Assembly: GCA_032128375.1 (NCBI GenBank)
Contig: JAQBGU010000154.1
Location: forward strand, 1-41,873
Origin: Deltaproteobacteria bacterium
GTDB lineage: Bacteria > Myxococcota_A > UBA9160 > SMWR01
Reading direction: 5' to 3'
Length of the DNA stretch: 41,873 nt
A program made the translations under genes and the position numbers. The notes under the pieces are model-generated. The model saw only the letters and a program-made list of their open reading frames with translations. It was not told where the DNA came from and made no database searches. Shown in pieces: positions 25,699 through 35,024 of the stretch (position 1 is its first letter; each line of letters begins with the position of its first letter).

Positions 25699-26118
25699 TC
25701 AGAGCCGGACGAGGGCCGTTCCCAGAACGCGAGTCTCTCCCTCCTCGTTACTCAAGGTGAGGTCGATCTCGAGTATGTGGTTCTCGTCGTCCATGTCGGT
25801 GACGACTCCTCGGCATGACGGCGCACTATCGACCACGAGCGGCGCACGAAAAACGGTGTCGATTTTTTGAATCTGCGCAGTCGGCGCCCACTGGTGGATG
25901 AGCGCTACCAGGATCCCCTGGCTCATGATTCCCGGCACGATCGCGCCCGGCAGTCCCGACTTTCTGGCCTCTTCATGATTCGTGAATCGGCCGAAATTCA
26001 TCTGCGCCGCTGCCGTGAACTGGACCACTTTGGCCATGCTGACATCCGGCGTGAATTCCGGAAGCTCCTCGCCAAATTCGACATCTTCGTACCTCTCGAT
26101 CGCCACGCTAGTTCTCAC
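25699..26118 (-). CDS. MaoC/hot-dog dehydratase subunit (HadB-like); start may be GTG 26106
   Basis: EDVEFGEELP, ARKSGLPGAIVPGIMSQG, VFRAPL. Confidence 0.75.
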   Translation of the reverse strand: MRTSVAIERYEDVEFGEELPEFTPDVSMAKVVQFTAAAQMNFGRFTNHEEARKSGLPGAIVPGIMSQGILVALIHQWAPTAQIQKIDTVFRAPLVVDSAPSCRGVVTDMDDENHILEIDLTLSNEEGETRVLGTALVRL

Positions 26119-26608
26119 CCGATTTCTTGCGATCGGCCTTGCGTTCGCCTCCTGCCGTCTTGTCCCGGGTCAAGTCGAGGCGCACCACCATTCGCCAGTC
26201 GACCGTCGAGACCCTGACGTCGTCCTGATTGCTGAACTCCATTCGGTGAACGATGAACAGCATGCCGCCGGAGCGCCCTGTTTTTTCGAAGATGTCGTGG
26301 ATGTGGCTGCGCGCGGTCAGTCTGTCGCCTGCATGAATTGGACCCGTCACTTCGACCGACTTGCCCGCGTCGAAGCTCGCCATCATGTCCACCGGAAAGC
26401 CCTTGGGCAGGGAGCGGCGTCCGTGATAGCGGCTCGCGTAGTTCGGTACAGCGCGGAAACCGGGCGCAGTCGGGTCGACGAAGTGCGGCAAGGTCTCACC
26501 GCAGGCTTCGGCGAAGCCGACCATGTCATCGGCCTCGACGACGAACTCGACTTCGTCGAACTGGTGATCGAGGTACTGCTCTTTCATTTCATCGATGTTG
26601 AATTCCAA
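26108..26608 (-). CDS. MaoC/FAS1-like dehydratase N-terminal-domain protein (HadA-like)
   Basis: FAEACGE, PIHAGDRL, EKTGRSGGMLFIV...NQ; TTG start after GGGAG. Confidence 0.8.
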   Translation of the reverse strand: MEFNIDEMKEQYLDHQFDEVEFVVEADDMVGFAEACGETLPHFVDPTAPGFRAVPNYASRYHGRRSLPKGFPVDMMASFDAGKSVEVTGPIHAGDRLTARSHIHDIFEKTGRSGGMLFIVHRMEFSNQDDVRVSTVDWRMVVRLDLTRDKTAGGERKADRKKSGEN

Positions 26609-26695
26609 CTCGGATCACTCCCGGCGGTCTCATTGTCGCGAAGCTCGTTCTCATGGCTGGCACGTCTGCCGATTGGCCTGTGACCTGTGCATGAT

Positions 26696-27322
26696 CTATT
26701 GATAGGAGACCGCCTCGCAGTCACCCGCTTTCAGCGCACAGACGAGGTCGTCCATCGATCGAACCTCGCGTTCGATCCGCGTCGCACAGCGACCGATCTG
26801 GCTGACGATGTGGGCGTCGCTACCGCCGATTCCCTTGTAGCCGCGCTGCTCGGCGAGTTCGATGGCGATTTCGTTCTCGCGGCCGCGGCTTCCCCCATTC
26901 AAGGTCTCGATGATCGTCACCCCCTCGACGGGCCCCAACGTGTCGAAGTGCGCCGACATCCCGACGCGAGGACGCCCGGGGTGGCACGGAACCGCGATCG
27001 CTCCGCATCGTTCCGCGTCTCTCAGCACGCTTCTGAGTGGCAGCTTGACGTTCGAGAAATCGAACGCCGCCCGCAGATCCTGATTGACGCCGAACAGGAG
27101 CACATGGCCGTACTCGGTCTCGACTTCGCTTGCCTTCAAGATGACCAGGCCGAAGCGGTCCTCGAGATCGCGGTAGTCAGAGTCACTGTCGAACTGTCGG
27201 TGTTCCGATAACACGAAGCCGTCCAGCGGCAGCTCGCGTCGCGCGATCCATTGACAGTAATTTTCAACCTTGGCACGCGCATCGTCTGAGGCCACGGAGT
27301 GATTGTGGAGATCCAGAATCAT
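26696..27322 (-). CDS. PHP-domain metallophosphoesterase
   Basis: DLHNHS..SD, SEH, E...GHVL, CHP, IETLNG, GGSDAH. Confidence 0.88.
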   Translation of the reverse strand: MILDLHNHSVASDDARAKVENYCQWIARRELPLDGFVLSEHRQFDSDSDYRDLEDRFGLVILKASEVETEYGHVLLFGVNQDLRAAFDFSNVKLPLRSVLRDAERCGAIAVPCHPGRPRVGMSAHFDTLGPVEGVTIIETLNGGSRGRENEIAIELAEQRGYKGIGGSDAHIVSQIGRCATRIEREVRSMDDLVCALKAGDCEAVSYQ

Positions 27323-27765
27323 GAGAGCCGGAAGCGCGGAATCGCCGTGCCCGCGTCGATCCCCCGTGCGGCGTCTCTGACCGGGTCGCGCTCGAGATCC
27401 ACGAACTCGACCTCGACCGGCATGCCGACTCGAACGTCCTGTACTTCACATCCCACGATGTGAGTCATGAGCTGCGGCCCCTCTTCGAGTTCGACATAAG
27501 CGAGCACGTACGGACAGGCTTCGCGAAAGGCGGGAAGGTTGTTCTGATGGGTCACCGTGAACGTGTGGACGCTGCCTCGACCACTTGCGATGAAGTGTTC
27601 GAGGCGGCTCGATAGGCAACTCGCACAAACAGCGCGCGGACGAAATTGCACCGTCTGACAGTCTCGACACCGCTGCAACACGATCTCGTGACGGCCGCAA
27701 CCTTCCCAGAACGCTCGGGTTTCCCAATCGGCGACGGGCTTCGAGTACGAGATTTCAGCAGCCAT
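27319..27765 (-). CDS. DUF35 Zn-ribbon/OB-fold acyl-CoA-binding protein
   Basis: FWEG, CxxC (CRDC) and CxxC (CASC), SGRGSVHTFT, PYVLAYVELEEGP, VGMPVEVEF. Confidence 0.92.
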   Translation of the reverse strand: MAAEISYSKPVADWETRAFWEGCGRHEIVLQRCRDCQTVQFRPRAVCASCLSSRLEHFIASGRGSVHTFTVTHQNNLPAFREACPYVLAYVELEEGPQLMTHIVGCEVQDVRVGMPVEVEFVDLERDPVRDAARGIDAGTAIPRFRLS

Positions 27766-27825
27766 CCGCTAGCTCTCCGGCGATTCCTTTTTTTGGCACC
27801 AATATTTTCGATGTGACTGCTCTCA

Positions 27826-28998
27826 CTACGCCTTCGACAGGATCAGCGTGGCGCCGCTATGCGCTACGCCGAGAGTTCCACCAGTGCCGTGCACACAGGC
27901 GACCTCGGCGTCGTCGACCTGCCGCCCCTCGCATTCCGCCCGGAGCTGGCGAACGGCCTCGATGACCAGGAAGATGCCGCGCATTCCGGGATGATTCGAT
28001 GACAGCCCGCCGCCATCGGGATTCACCGGCAGCGCGCCACCGAGACCGATCCGACCACCCTCGACAAAGGCGCCACCTTCGCCTCGCTTGCAGAAGCCGA
28101 GATTCTCGAGCGTCACCAACGCGGTGATCGTGAACGAGTCGTAGATCGTGCACAGATCGACGTCGTCCCGGCTCATACCCGACATGGAAAACGCATTGTC
28201 GGCCGATTGTTTGGCCGCGATCGTCAACAGATCGGGAGAACCGATTTCGCGGTGGCAGACGGCTTCGCCGCAACCCTGGATCAGTATCGCTGGCTTGGCA
28301 AGATCACGCGCCCGCTCCGCGCTCGTCACCACCAGCGCGCCGCCGCCATCGCTGATGATGCAGCAGTCGAGCAGATGCAGCGGTTCTGAGATCAGCCGAC
28401 TGCCGAGGACATCTTCGATCGTGATCGGCTTGCGCATCTTCGCGTTGGGGTTCAACGACGCGTGCTTGCGCATCGTGACCGCGATTTCGGCGAGCTGTTC
28501 GGCCTTGGTGCCGTACTCGTGCATATGTCGCTGTGCGACCAACGCGTAGCTTCCCACCGTGGTCATCCCGTATGGGCTGACGAACGACCCGGCTGCGTCG
28601 CGTGCCGCACCGCCCATGCCTGTCCCGATCGCAAGTGCGTTGGAGGCGGCCGTGCTGCCGTAGAGCACCAGTCCCACTTCGCATAACCCCGCGTGGATCG
28701 CGGCGGCCGCGTGGTTGACATGCGCAACGAACGACGAACCGCCGATGTTGGTGCCATCGATGTAGTTCGGCTTGAGATTCAAGTACTCGGCGAGACCGAC
28801 CACGCCCATCGGGCCCATCGAGATCCCGGCGCTGAACAAACCATCGACGTCAGCGAGTTCGAGCCCGCAATCTTCCAACGCACCGCGCGCGCACTCGGCC
28901 ATGATCTGCCACTCGGTCTTGTCCGGAGCCCACCGCGTGGGATGCTCGTACACGCCAGCCAGAGCGATCTTCCCAGACAGATTTCGGGAAAGCGTCAC
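27826..28998 (-). CDS. Thiolase-superfamily protein (SCP2/Ltp type) lacking the N-terminal catalytic Cys
   Basis: NIGGSS in place of the Cys motif; LDCCIISDGG, IYDSF, PVNPDGGGLS..HPG; GTG start overlapping the upstream TGA. Confidence 0.9.
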   Translation of the reverse strand: MTLSRNLSGKIALAGVYEHPTRWAPDKTEWQIMAECARGALEDCGLELADVDGLFSAGISMGPMGVVGLAEYLNLKPNYIDGTNIGGSSFVAHVNHAAAAIHAGLCEVGLVLYGSTAASNALAIGTGMGGAARDAAGSFVSPYGMTTVGSYALVAQRHMHEYGTKAEQLAEIAVTMRKHASLNPNAKMRKPITIEDVLGSRLISEPLHLLDCCIISDGGGALVVTSAERARDLAKPAILIQGCGEAVCHREIGSPDLLTIAAKQSADNAFSMSGMSRDDVDLCTIYDSFTITALVTLENLGFCKRGEGGAFVEGGRIGLGGALPVNPDGGGLSSNHPGMRGIFLVIEAVRQLRAECEGRQVDDAEVACVHGTGGTLGVAHSGATLILSKA

Positions 28999-29801
28999 GC
29001 GAGCCCCGCGAGAAATGCGTTCACAGCGTCGGCCAACGGGCCGGGCTGCTCGAGCGGAATCATGTGGGCCGCACCCTCGATGACCACCCGACTGGCGCCG
29101 GGAATTTGCGAGGCCATGCGATCGGCCTGTTCGGCCATATAGGGGTCTTCGTCTGCTCCCACAACGACCAGCGTGGGTACCGCGACGTCGCCGAGGCGGC
29201 TGTCCGCTTCCCACGCTCGCAACGCCAGCAAGTTCGGGTAGACGGCGCGGGGATCGGTCTTGAACGCGTCCGCAAATCCGGCTCCGATCACCTCCTTCGC
29301 AGTCGCAGGCGAGAAGGCGGTCGGGTCGAAATGCCGCTTTGCCTTGCCCTCGGTGATCAGTCGGTAGCGCTCGAGCAGCTCGGCGCTTGCGGGATAAATG
29401 GCCGCAGTCCCACACAGCACCAAGGCCCGGACAGCGGCGGGTCGAGTCAGCGCGACTTCCAGTGCCACCGAGCCGCCCATCGAATGACCCAGCAAGACTG
29501 TCGGTCCAAGGCCGAGCTTGTCGATTAGCGCGCCCGCGAAGCTCGCCATCCGCTCGACCGACCCGAGGCTGTCGAGCGACCCCGAACGGTTGTGGCCGGG
29601 GAAATCGAACGCGAGAGGGCTGTGTTGGCCCTCCAATTTCCCCATCAGTTGTCGGAAGTTAGCGCCGTTGCCGCCGCTGTGATGAAGGCACAGCAGTGTC
29701 TCGCCAGTACTCATGTCGGGAACTTGGTCGGGGAGGGTCGTTGCACCCGTGTGATACACGTGGGTCGCCACGCCCTCGATGTTGAAATATTTTTCCGGCA
29801 T
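28995..29801 (-). CDS. Alpha/beta hydrolase
   Basis: DFPGH, GHSMGG nucleophile elbow, PTLVVVGAD, AAHMIPLEQP. Confidence 0.9.
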   Translation of the reverse strand: MPEKYFNIEGVATHVYHTGATTLPDQVPDMSTGETLLCLHHSGGNGANFRQLMGKLEGQHSPLAFDFPGHNRSGSLDSLGSVERMASFAGALIDKLGLGPTVLLGHSMGGSVALEVALTRPAAVRALVLCGTAAIYPASAELLERYRLITEGKAKRHFDPTAFSPATAKEVIGAGFADAFKTDPRAVYPNLLALRAWEADSRLGDVAVPTLVVVGADEDPYMAEQADRMASQIPGASRVVIEGAAHMIPLEQPGPLADAVNAFLAGLA

Positions 29802-29956
29802 GGGGGGCACCACAATAGGGAGCGGCTGATTCCCGTGTCAATGATGCCCTCGAATCGGATTCGGCTGATGTTGCGAAACCTTCTCGGTGGCGCGTATCGC
29901 GCATCGAAACGCCAGGGGGTTGCGCACCGGGACTGCGGTCGGATACAGCAGCAGGC

Positions 29957-31600
29957 ATGACAGAAATCGACGGTGGGCGAATCGCAGCAAAACAACTGGT
30001 CGCGGCGGGGATCGACACGGTATTCGGCGTCATCGCCGGCCCGATGATCGAGCTCTTCGCCGGCGCCCAGACCGAAGGCCTGAAGGTCGTCGGGTGCCGG
30101 CACGAGGAATCGGCGGCTTTCATGGCCTCGGCTTGGGGCTGGACGCAGCGAAAGCCCGGCGTCGCAATCGTAGGCTCCGGCCCCGCAATGACCAACACGG
30201 TGACGTCGATGTACGTCGCCACGGCCAGCGCGATGCCACTGCTCGTGCTGGGCGGCTCCACCGCTGGTTCGATGCGCGGTGTGGGCGGATTTCAAGAATG
30301 CAACCAGCTGGCATTCGCAGCCCCCGGTTGCAAGTGGGTAGAACAAGTGAATTCCACCGAGCGCATCGCCGAACTGGTGCATCTGGCGCTGGGCAAGTCC
30401 GTCAGCGGCAGACCCGGAGCTGTGTATCTCGACTTCCCCGCCGAGATGGTCGGCCGGCGCCTGCCGGAAGAACAAGCGGGCATTCGAACCCTGCAACCCC
30501 AGATTGCGCCCCCACAGCCCGACCCGACCGCGATCGAGCGAATCGCCGACATGCTGGCGTTGGCTGAGCGACCACTCGTGATGATCGGCAAGGGTGCCGC
30601 CTGGTCCGATGCCGGGCGTGCGCTCGAAGTGCTGGTCGACATGGGCATCCCGTATGTGGCCTCGCCGATGGGCCGTGGGATCGTCCCGGATGACAACTCA
30701 CATTTCGTCAACGCAGCGCGCAGTGCCGCGCTGCGCGGCGCCGATGCGATCTTGATGGTCGGCGGCCGCTTCAACTGGATCTTTGGTTTCGGTCGACAGC
30801 CGCGCTACGCCGAAGGGGTGCGCATCGCGCAGATCGAACTGGAAGCAGACGAAATCTACAGCGCAGCGCCAGTTGAATTCGGCGTCGTCGCCGATGCAAG
30901 GGCCGCGATCGAGCAGCTGTGTCATGCCCTCGAAGGCCAGACACTGCGCGCGAGTTCCGATTGGCTTTCCGGATTGCAAGCCCAGCGACGCCGAAACGAG
31001 GATTTTCTCGCGCAGGCGATGTCGCTCGACGATGTGCCCATCAACCCGTATCGACTGGTTCGCGAAATTCGAGATGCGTTGCCCCGAGAGGCCGCGATTT
31101 CGGTCGACGGCGAGACCATCATGGGGATCTGCCGCGCGGTGTTGCCGAGCTATCGGTCGCGCTCGATGTTCAACGCGGGCACGACCGGCTGCATGGGGAC
31201 CGGAGTTCCCTATGCGATCGGAACGAAACTGGCGCGGCCGGATTTGCCATCGGTCGCGGTTGTAGGCGACTACGCGTTCGGCGCGGCCGGGATCGAGGTC
31301 GAGACCGCCGCGCGCGTAGGCGCCAACGTCGTGTTCGTGGTGTCGAACAACGAAGGGATTGCGGGCCACTTGATCCAGGATCACATGCTGCCGGCAGGAG
31401 CACCACGGATCGCGAGCCTGCTTCCCGCGCGGTACGAAAAAATGATCGAGATGGTCGACGGGCACTCGGAATACGTCGAACGTCCCGAAGAGATCCGCCC
31501 CGCTCTGGAGCGCGCCTTGGCCGCAGACCGGGTCGCGCTGGTGCATGTGAGGACCGACCCCAAGGCTGTCCGTCTCTCGGGCGGGAACTATCTTCAATAG
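29957..31600 (+). CDS. ThDP-dependent enzyme, 2-hydroxyacyl-CoA lyase/oxalyl-CoA decarboxylase family
   Basis: RHEESAAFMA, GGFQE, IGKGAAW, SPMGRG, GRFNWI, GCMGTG, GDYAFG...SNN. Confidence 0.88.
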   Translation: MTEIDGGRIAAKQLVAAGIDTVFGVIAGPMIELFAGAQTEGLKVVGCRHEESAAFMASAWGWTQRKPGVAIVGSGPAMTNTVTSMYVATASAMPLLVLGGSTAGSMRGVGGFQECNQLAFAAPGCKWVEQVNSTERIAELVHLALGKSVSGRPGAVYLDFPAEMVGRRLPEEQAGIRTLQPQIAPPQPDPTAIERIADMLALAERPLVMIGKGAAWSDAGRALEVLVDMGIPYVASPMGRGIVPDDNSHFVNAARSAALRGADAILMVGGRFNWIFGFGRQPRYAEGVRIAQIELEADEIYSAAPVEFGVVADARAAIEQLCHALEGQTLRASSDWLSGLQAQRRRNEDFLAQAMSLDDVPINPYRLVREIRDALPREAAISVDGETIMGICRAVLPSYRSRSMFNAGTTGCMGTGVPYAIGTKLARPDLPSVAVVGDYAFGAAGIEVETAARVGANVVFVVSNNEGIAGHLIQDHMLPAGAPRIASLLPARYEKMIEMVDGHSEYVERPEEIRPALERALAADRVALVHVRTDPKAVRLSGGNYLQ

Positions 31601-31708
31601 GCCCGATCGCCCCGATCAAGCCCAGCGGGTCGCTCAAGCAAAATGGAGATACCCATCGATCTACCGCTGCGAAGGCTCCCCAACACGCGCAGCACAAGGA
31701 GCACGACC

Positions 31709-32923
31709 ATGACCATGCCGCTCGAAGGAATTCGCGTAATCGACTGGACGATCTGGCAACAGGGCCCCGTATGCAGCGCGATGCTGGGCGACCTGGGCGC
31801 GGAGGTCATCAAGATCGAAGAGCGCGTGGGCGGAGACCCTGGGCGGGGCATCGTCAAGATGAGTGGCACCGACGTGGGGAATCGTCCGAACTTCTATTTC
31901 GAAGCCAACAACCGAAACAAGAAGAGCCTCACACTGGACCTCAAACAACCGCAGGCGCGCGAAATCATCTACGGCCTGGTCGCAAAATCCGATGTATTCG
32001 TGCAGAACTTCCGAAAAGGCGTCGCAGCTCGCTTGGGAATCGACTATCCGACACTTCGCACGCACAACGAGAAACTCATCTATGCGAGCGCGACGGGCTA
32101 CGGACCAGACGGACCGAGCAGTGCAGAACCCTCTTTCGACCAGCTGGGCTTGGCGCGTTCTGGGATCATGATGGCCGCGGGCGAGCCCGACATGCCGCCG
32201 CTCGCGATTGCTGGCGGAGTCGCGGACCAGATGGGTGCGGTCATGCTCGCGTACGGGGTGCTCGCCGCGTTGATCGCGCGCGACCGGCACGGAATGGGCC
32301 AGGAAGTCGACACTTCACATCTGAGCGCGATGATGTGGCTTCAGGGACTGAGCGTGTCGTGCAAGCTGATGATGGGCTCCGCCATGGGGCGCCAGTTTCG
32401 CAGCCAAGCCGGCAATCCGCTGTGGAACCACTATTGCTGCAAGGACGATCAATGGTTGTGTCTGGGCATGTTGCAACCCGATCGCTACTGGGCCGATTTC
32501 TGCCTCGCCATAGACCGGCCCGCCCTGATCGAAGACGCACGCTTTGCCGATATGGCCGTTCGAAGTCGAAACGCGAAGGCGTGTGTGGCTGAGCTCGACG
32601 AGGCGTTTCGAGACAGATCGCGCGACGACTGGATCGATGTATTCAAGCGAAGCGAAGGTGATTTCATCCTAACGGTCGTGAACTCGATCAATGACTTGCC
32701 AGAAGATCCGCAAGTCATTGCCAACGACTATGTCGTGGACTTCGATCACCCCAACCACGGGCCCATCAAAATGCAGGGGATGCCTGTGGCACTTCGTGAG
32801 ACGCCCGGCCAGATTCGGACCGCTGCACCCGAATTCGGTCAGCACACCGAGGAAGTCCTGCTCGATCTGCTGGGCTACGATTGGGACCAGATTACGAAGC
32901 TGCGGGAATCGAAAGTCATCTGA
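31709..32923 (+). CDS. Family III CoA-transferase (CaiB/BaiF/Frc)
   Basis: AAGGAG RBS; PLEGIRVID, QGP, LGDLGAEVIKIE, NRNKKSL, catalytic Asp in GVADQ, APEFGQHT. Confidence 0.93.
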   Translation: MTMPLEGIRVIDWTIWQQGPVCSAMLGDLGAEVIKIEERVGGDPGRGIVKMSGTDVGNRPNFYFEANNRNKKSLTLDLKQPQAREIIYGLVAKSDVFVQNFRKGVAARLGIDYPTLRTHNEKLIYASATGYGPDGPSSAEPSFDQLGLARSGIMMAAGEPDMPPLAIAGGVADQMGAVMLAYGVLAALIARDRHGMGQEVDTSHLSAMMWLQGLSVSCKLMMGSAMGRQFRSQAGNPLWNHYCCKDDQWLCLGMLQPDRYWADFCLAIDRPALIEDARFADMAVRSRNAKACVAELDEAFRDRSRDDWIDVFKRSEGDFILTVVNSINDLPEDPQVIANDYVVDFDHPNHGPIKMQGMPVALRETPGQIRTAAPEFGQHTEEVLLDLLGYDWDQITKLRESKVI

Positions 32924-33062
32924 CCGGCCCGTCAACGCGCTGGCCCCCGAAATGACTGGAAATCCTTGGTTCTTCGACATCGCGCCGGCGCTCTTTCGCC
33001 AAAGCGAGCATGATCGAACGACGCGCTAGGGTTCCCTCGTACCCGTAGCGGGGGGGGGCCCC

Positions 33063-35024
33063 ATCGCAAACGATCGACTGCTTCGCGCCATCGGGTTGTT
33101 GTTGCTTGCGACCGTTGCATCTCCGGCCGCAGCGGGGAATTTCTGCGCGCGGGATTCGAGCAGGGGCCAGGCGTGGAACGCGCTGACCTCGAGTTTCGTT
33201 CAGACGCCAGAGGCGATTATCGGTGTCGCACTGGCACTCGGGTCGAGCGGAAACTGTGCGGCGGTCGGCAGCAGCCACATCTGGGTCTGGAACAGCGGTA
33301 CTGGGGATTGGAGCGACTCGGGCAGCCTTGCGAACCTGGGAGTCGTGGTGGCTTCGGGCGGAAACTTCGCCGCGCCGTCGGGGAATTCCGTTCAAGTCTA
33401 CGATGCGCAGACCGCGAATTGGACTGCGCCACAAGTCGTTCCTGGCCTGTCGTCGATCCTGGGCTCGGGCGGAAACTTCGCCGCCAGCGGTAGCAACGCA
33501 GTCTGGATCTGGAATCACGTGACTGCCGCCTGGACCGAAGTCCTTGTCAGCCCAATCGGCGAAGTCATCGGCTCCGCGGGAAACTTCGCCATCCAATCTT
33601 CGTCGCTGATCCACGCCTGGAATCAAATCGGCGAGTCGGTCACTGCGTCCCCCCCGATTGCCGGTCTTTCAGAACTGATCGAGTCTGATGGGAATTTCGC
33701 TGGACGCAACGCCGATGCCGCGTGGGCATGGAGTCGCAGTACGCAGTCGTGGAGCGCGTCGCCAAGCTTGCAGGGCCTGGACTCGTTGATCGGCAGTGGG
33801 GGAAATTTCGGGGCTCGGCTCGCGACGCGAGCCTACGCGTGGAACCAGGACACGGCGGTGTGGACTGCGTCGACGACGTTTTCGAGCGGTTCGATCCAGG
33901 AAATGATCGGGTCGGGGGGGAATTTCGCGCTGCGCCTGCCCGTCAATATTCGAACATGGTCGAGATCGACTTCTGCTTGGACCGTCGGCCAGACGTTCGG
34001 CCCCGGAACGCTATCGGAGTTGATCGGCACGGGCGGCAACTTCGCGGCGCGAGCCATCAACAAGGTCGACGCCTGGAACCAGTTGACCTCCAGCTGGACG
34101 GTCAGTCCGCCGGTCGCAGACGGCTCGATCGTCGAGTTGCTGGGTTCCGCGCAGGGATCGGTTGGGAACTTCGCCTTCAACGTCGGCACTCTCGTCTACA
34201 CCTGGCAAAGCCCGAGCTCGACGTGGACGGCCGGCCCAATGTTCGGCGCCAACCAGGTTCGCGATGTGATCGGATCCGGGGGCGGCTTCGCTCAGGAACT
34301 CTCCAATCGCGTGTATGCGTGGAATCAAGACAGCGATACATGGACACTCAGCCCACAGGTGGCGGACGACAGCATCCTGGAAGTGCTCGGCTCCGGTCCG
34401 AACTTCGCTTTCCGCACCGGCACCCGCGCGTACGCATGGAGCGCGGCGACCTCGACCTGGTACGCATCGAACTCGTATTCGGGCTTAGTGGAGATGCTCG
34501 GCTCCACGGGAAATTTCGCGGTGCAGACTGCGGGCAATATCTCCACCTACAACGATGCAACCAACATTTTTTCGACCAGTGCCATCGTCGGCGTTGCCGA
34601 TGCGGTCGCTGCACCGACCCCTCCCTGCACATCGGGCAGTTGCACAGACGCGATCGATTGCACCTTGGATGTGTGCAATCTGGAACTCGGCTGTGAGTTC
34701 GTTGCCGATGACGTCGCCTGCGACGACCGCGACTTCTGTACAGCCGACGCATGTGACGAATTCGACGGGTGCAGCCACTCACCGATTCCGGGTTGCGTGA
34801 TTCAGGTGCCCGCCGGCTCGCTGTTGGTGGTCGGCATGTTGTGGCTCGGGCTCGCGCTAGCCGCTGCATGCGTGTTCGGATTGCGCAACAGAGCCGCGGC
34901 TCGATGCGCGACTAGCGCCTCATTGCGGCGACGATCTCCTCTTCGACATCGCGAAGCCGATCTTTTCCGAAAAAGTGTTCCGCTCCGACGAAGAAGCTCG
35001 GCGCGCCGAACACACCACGTTTGA
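33063..35024 (+). CDS. Secreted/anchored Trp-rich repeat protein (13 repeats) with Cys-rich stalk and C-terminal sorting-type anchor; start ATC 33063 or TTG 33096
   Basis: Signal peptide ending AAA; 13 repeats of ~37-43 aa (GSGGNFA...AWN....W); CDD..CT.D.C repeats; VP + TM + RNR. Confidence 0.8.
   Translation: MANDRLLRAIGLLLLATVASPAAAGNFCARDSSRGQAWNALTSSFVQTPEAIIGVALALGSSGNCAAVGSSHIWVWNSGTGDWSDSGSLANLGVVVASGGNFAAPSGNSVQVYDAQTANWTAPQVVPGLSSILGSGGNFAASGSNAVWIWNHVTAAWTEVLVSPIGEVIGSAGNFAIQSSSLIHAWNQIGESVTASPPIAGLSELIESDGNFAGRNADAAWAWSRSTQSWSASPSLQGLDSLIGSGGNFGARLATRAYAWNQDTAVWTASTTFSSGSIQEMIGSGGNFALRLPVNIRTWSRSTSAWTVGQTFGPGTLSELIGTGGNFAARAINKVDAWNQLTSSWTVSPPVADGSIVELLGSAQGSVGNFAFNVGTLVYTWQSPSSTWTAGPMFGANQVRDVIGSGGGFAQELSNRVYAWNQDSDTWTLSPQVADDSILEVLGSGPNFAFRTGTRAYAWSAATSTWYASNSYSGLVEMLGSTGNFAVQTAGNISTYNDATNIFSTSAIVGVADAVAAPTPPCTSGSCTDAIDCTLDVCNLELGCEFVADDVACDDRDFCTADACDEFDGCSHSPIPGCVIQVPAGSLLVVGMLWLGLALAAACVFGLRNRAAARCATSASLRRRSPLRHREADLFRKSVPLRRRSSARRTHHV

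Noticed and set aside
29957..32923. Naming the pair oxc/frc
   Set aside because: ThDP motif diverges from Oxc and the transferase lacks recognisable Frc-specific features; only family-level calls are supportable
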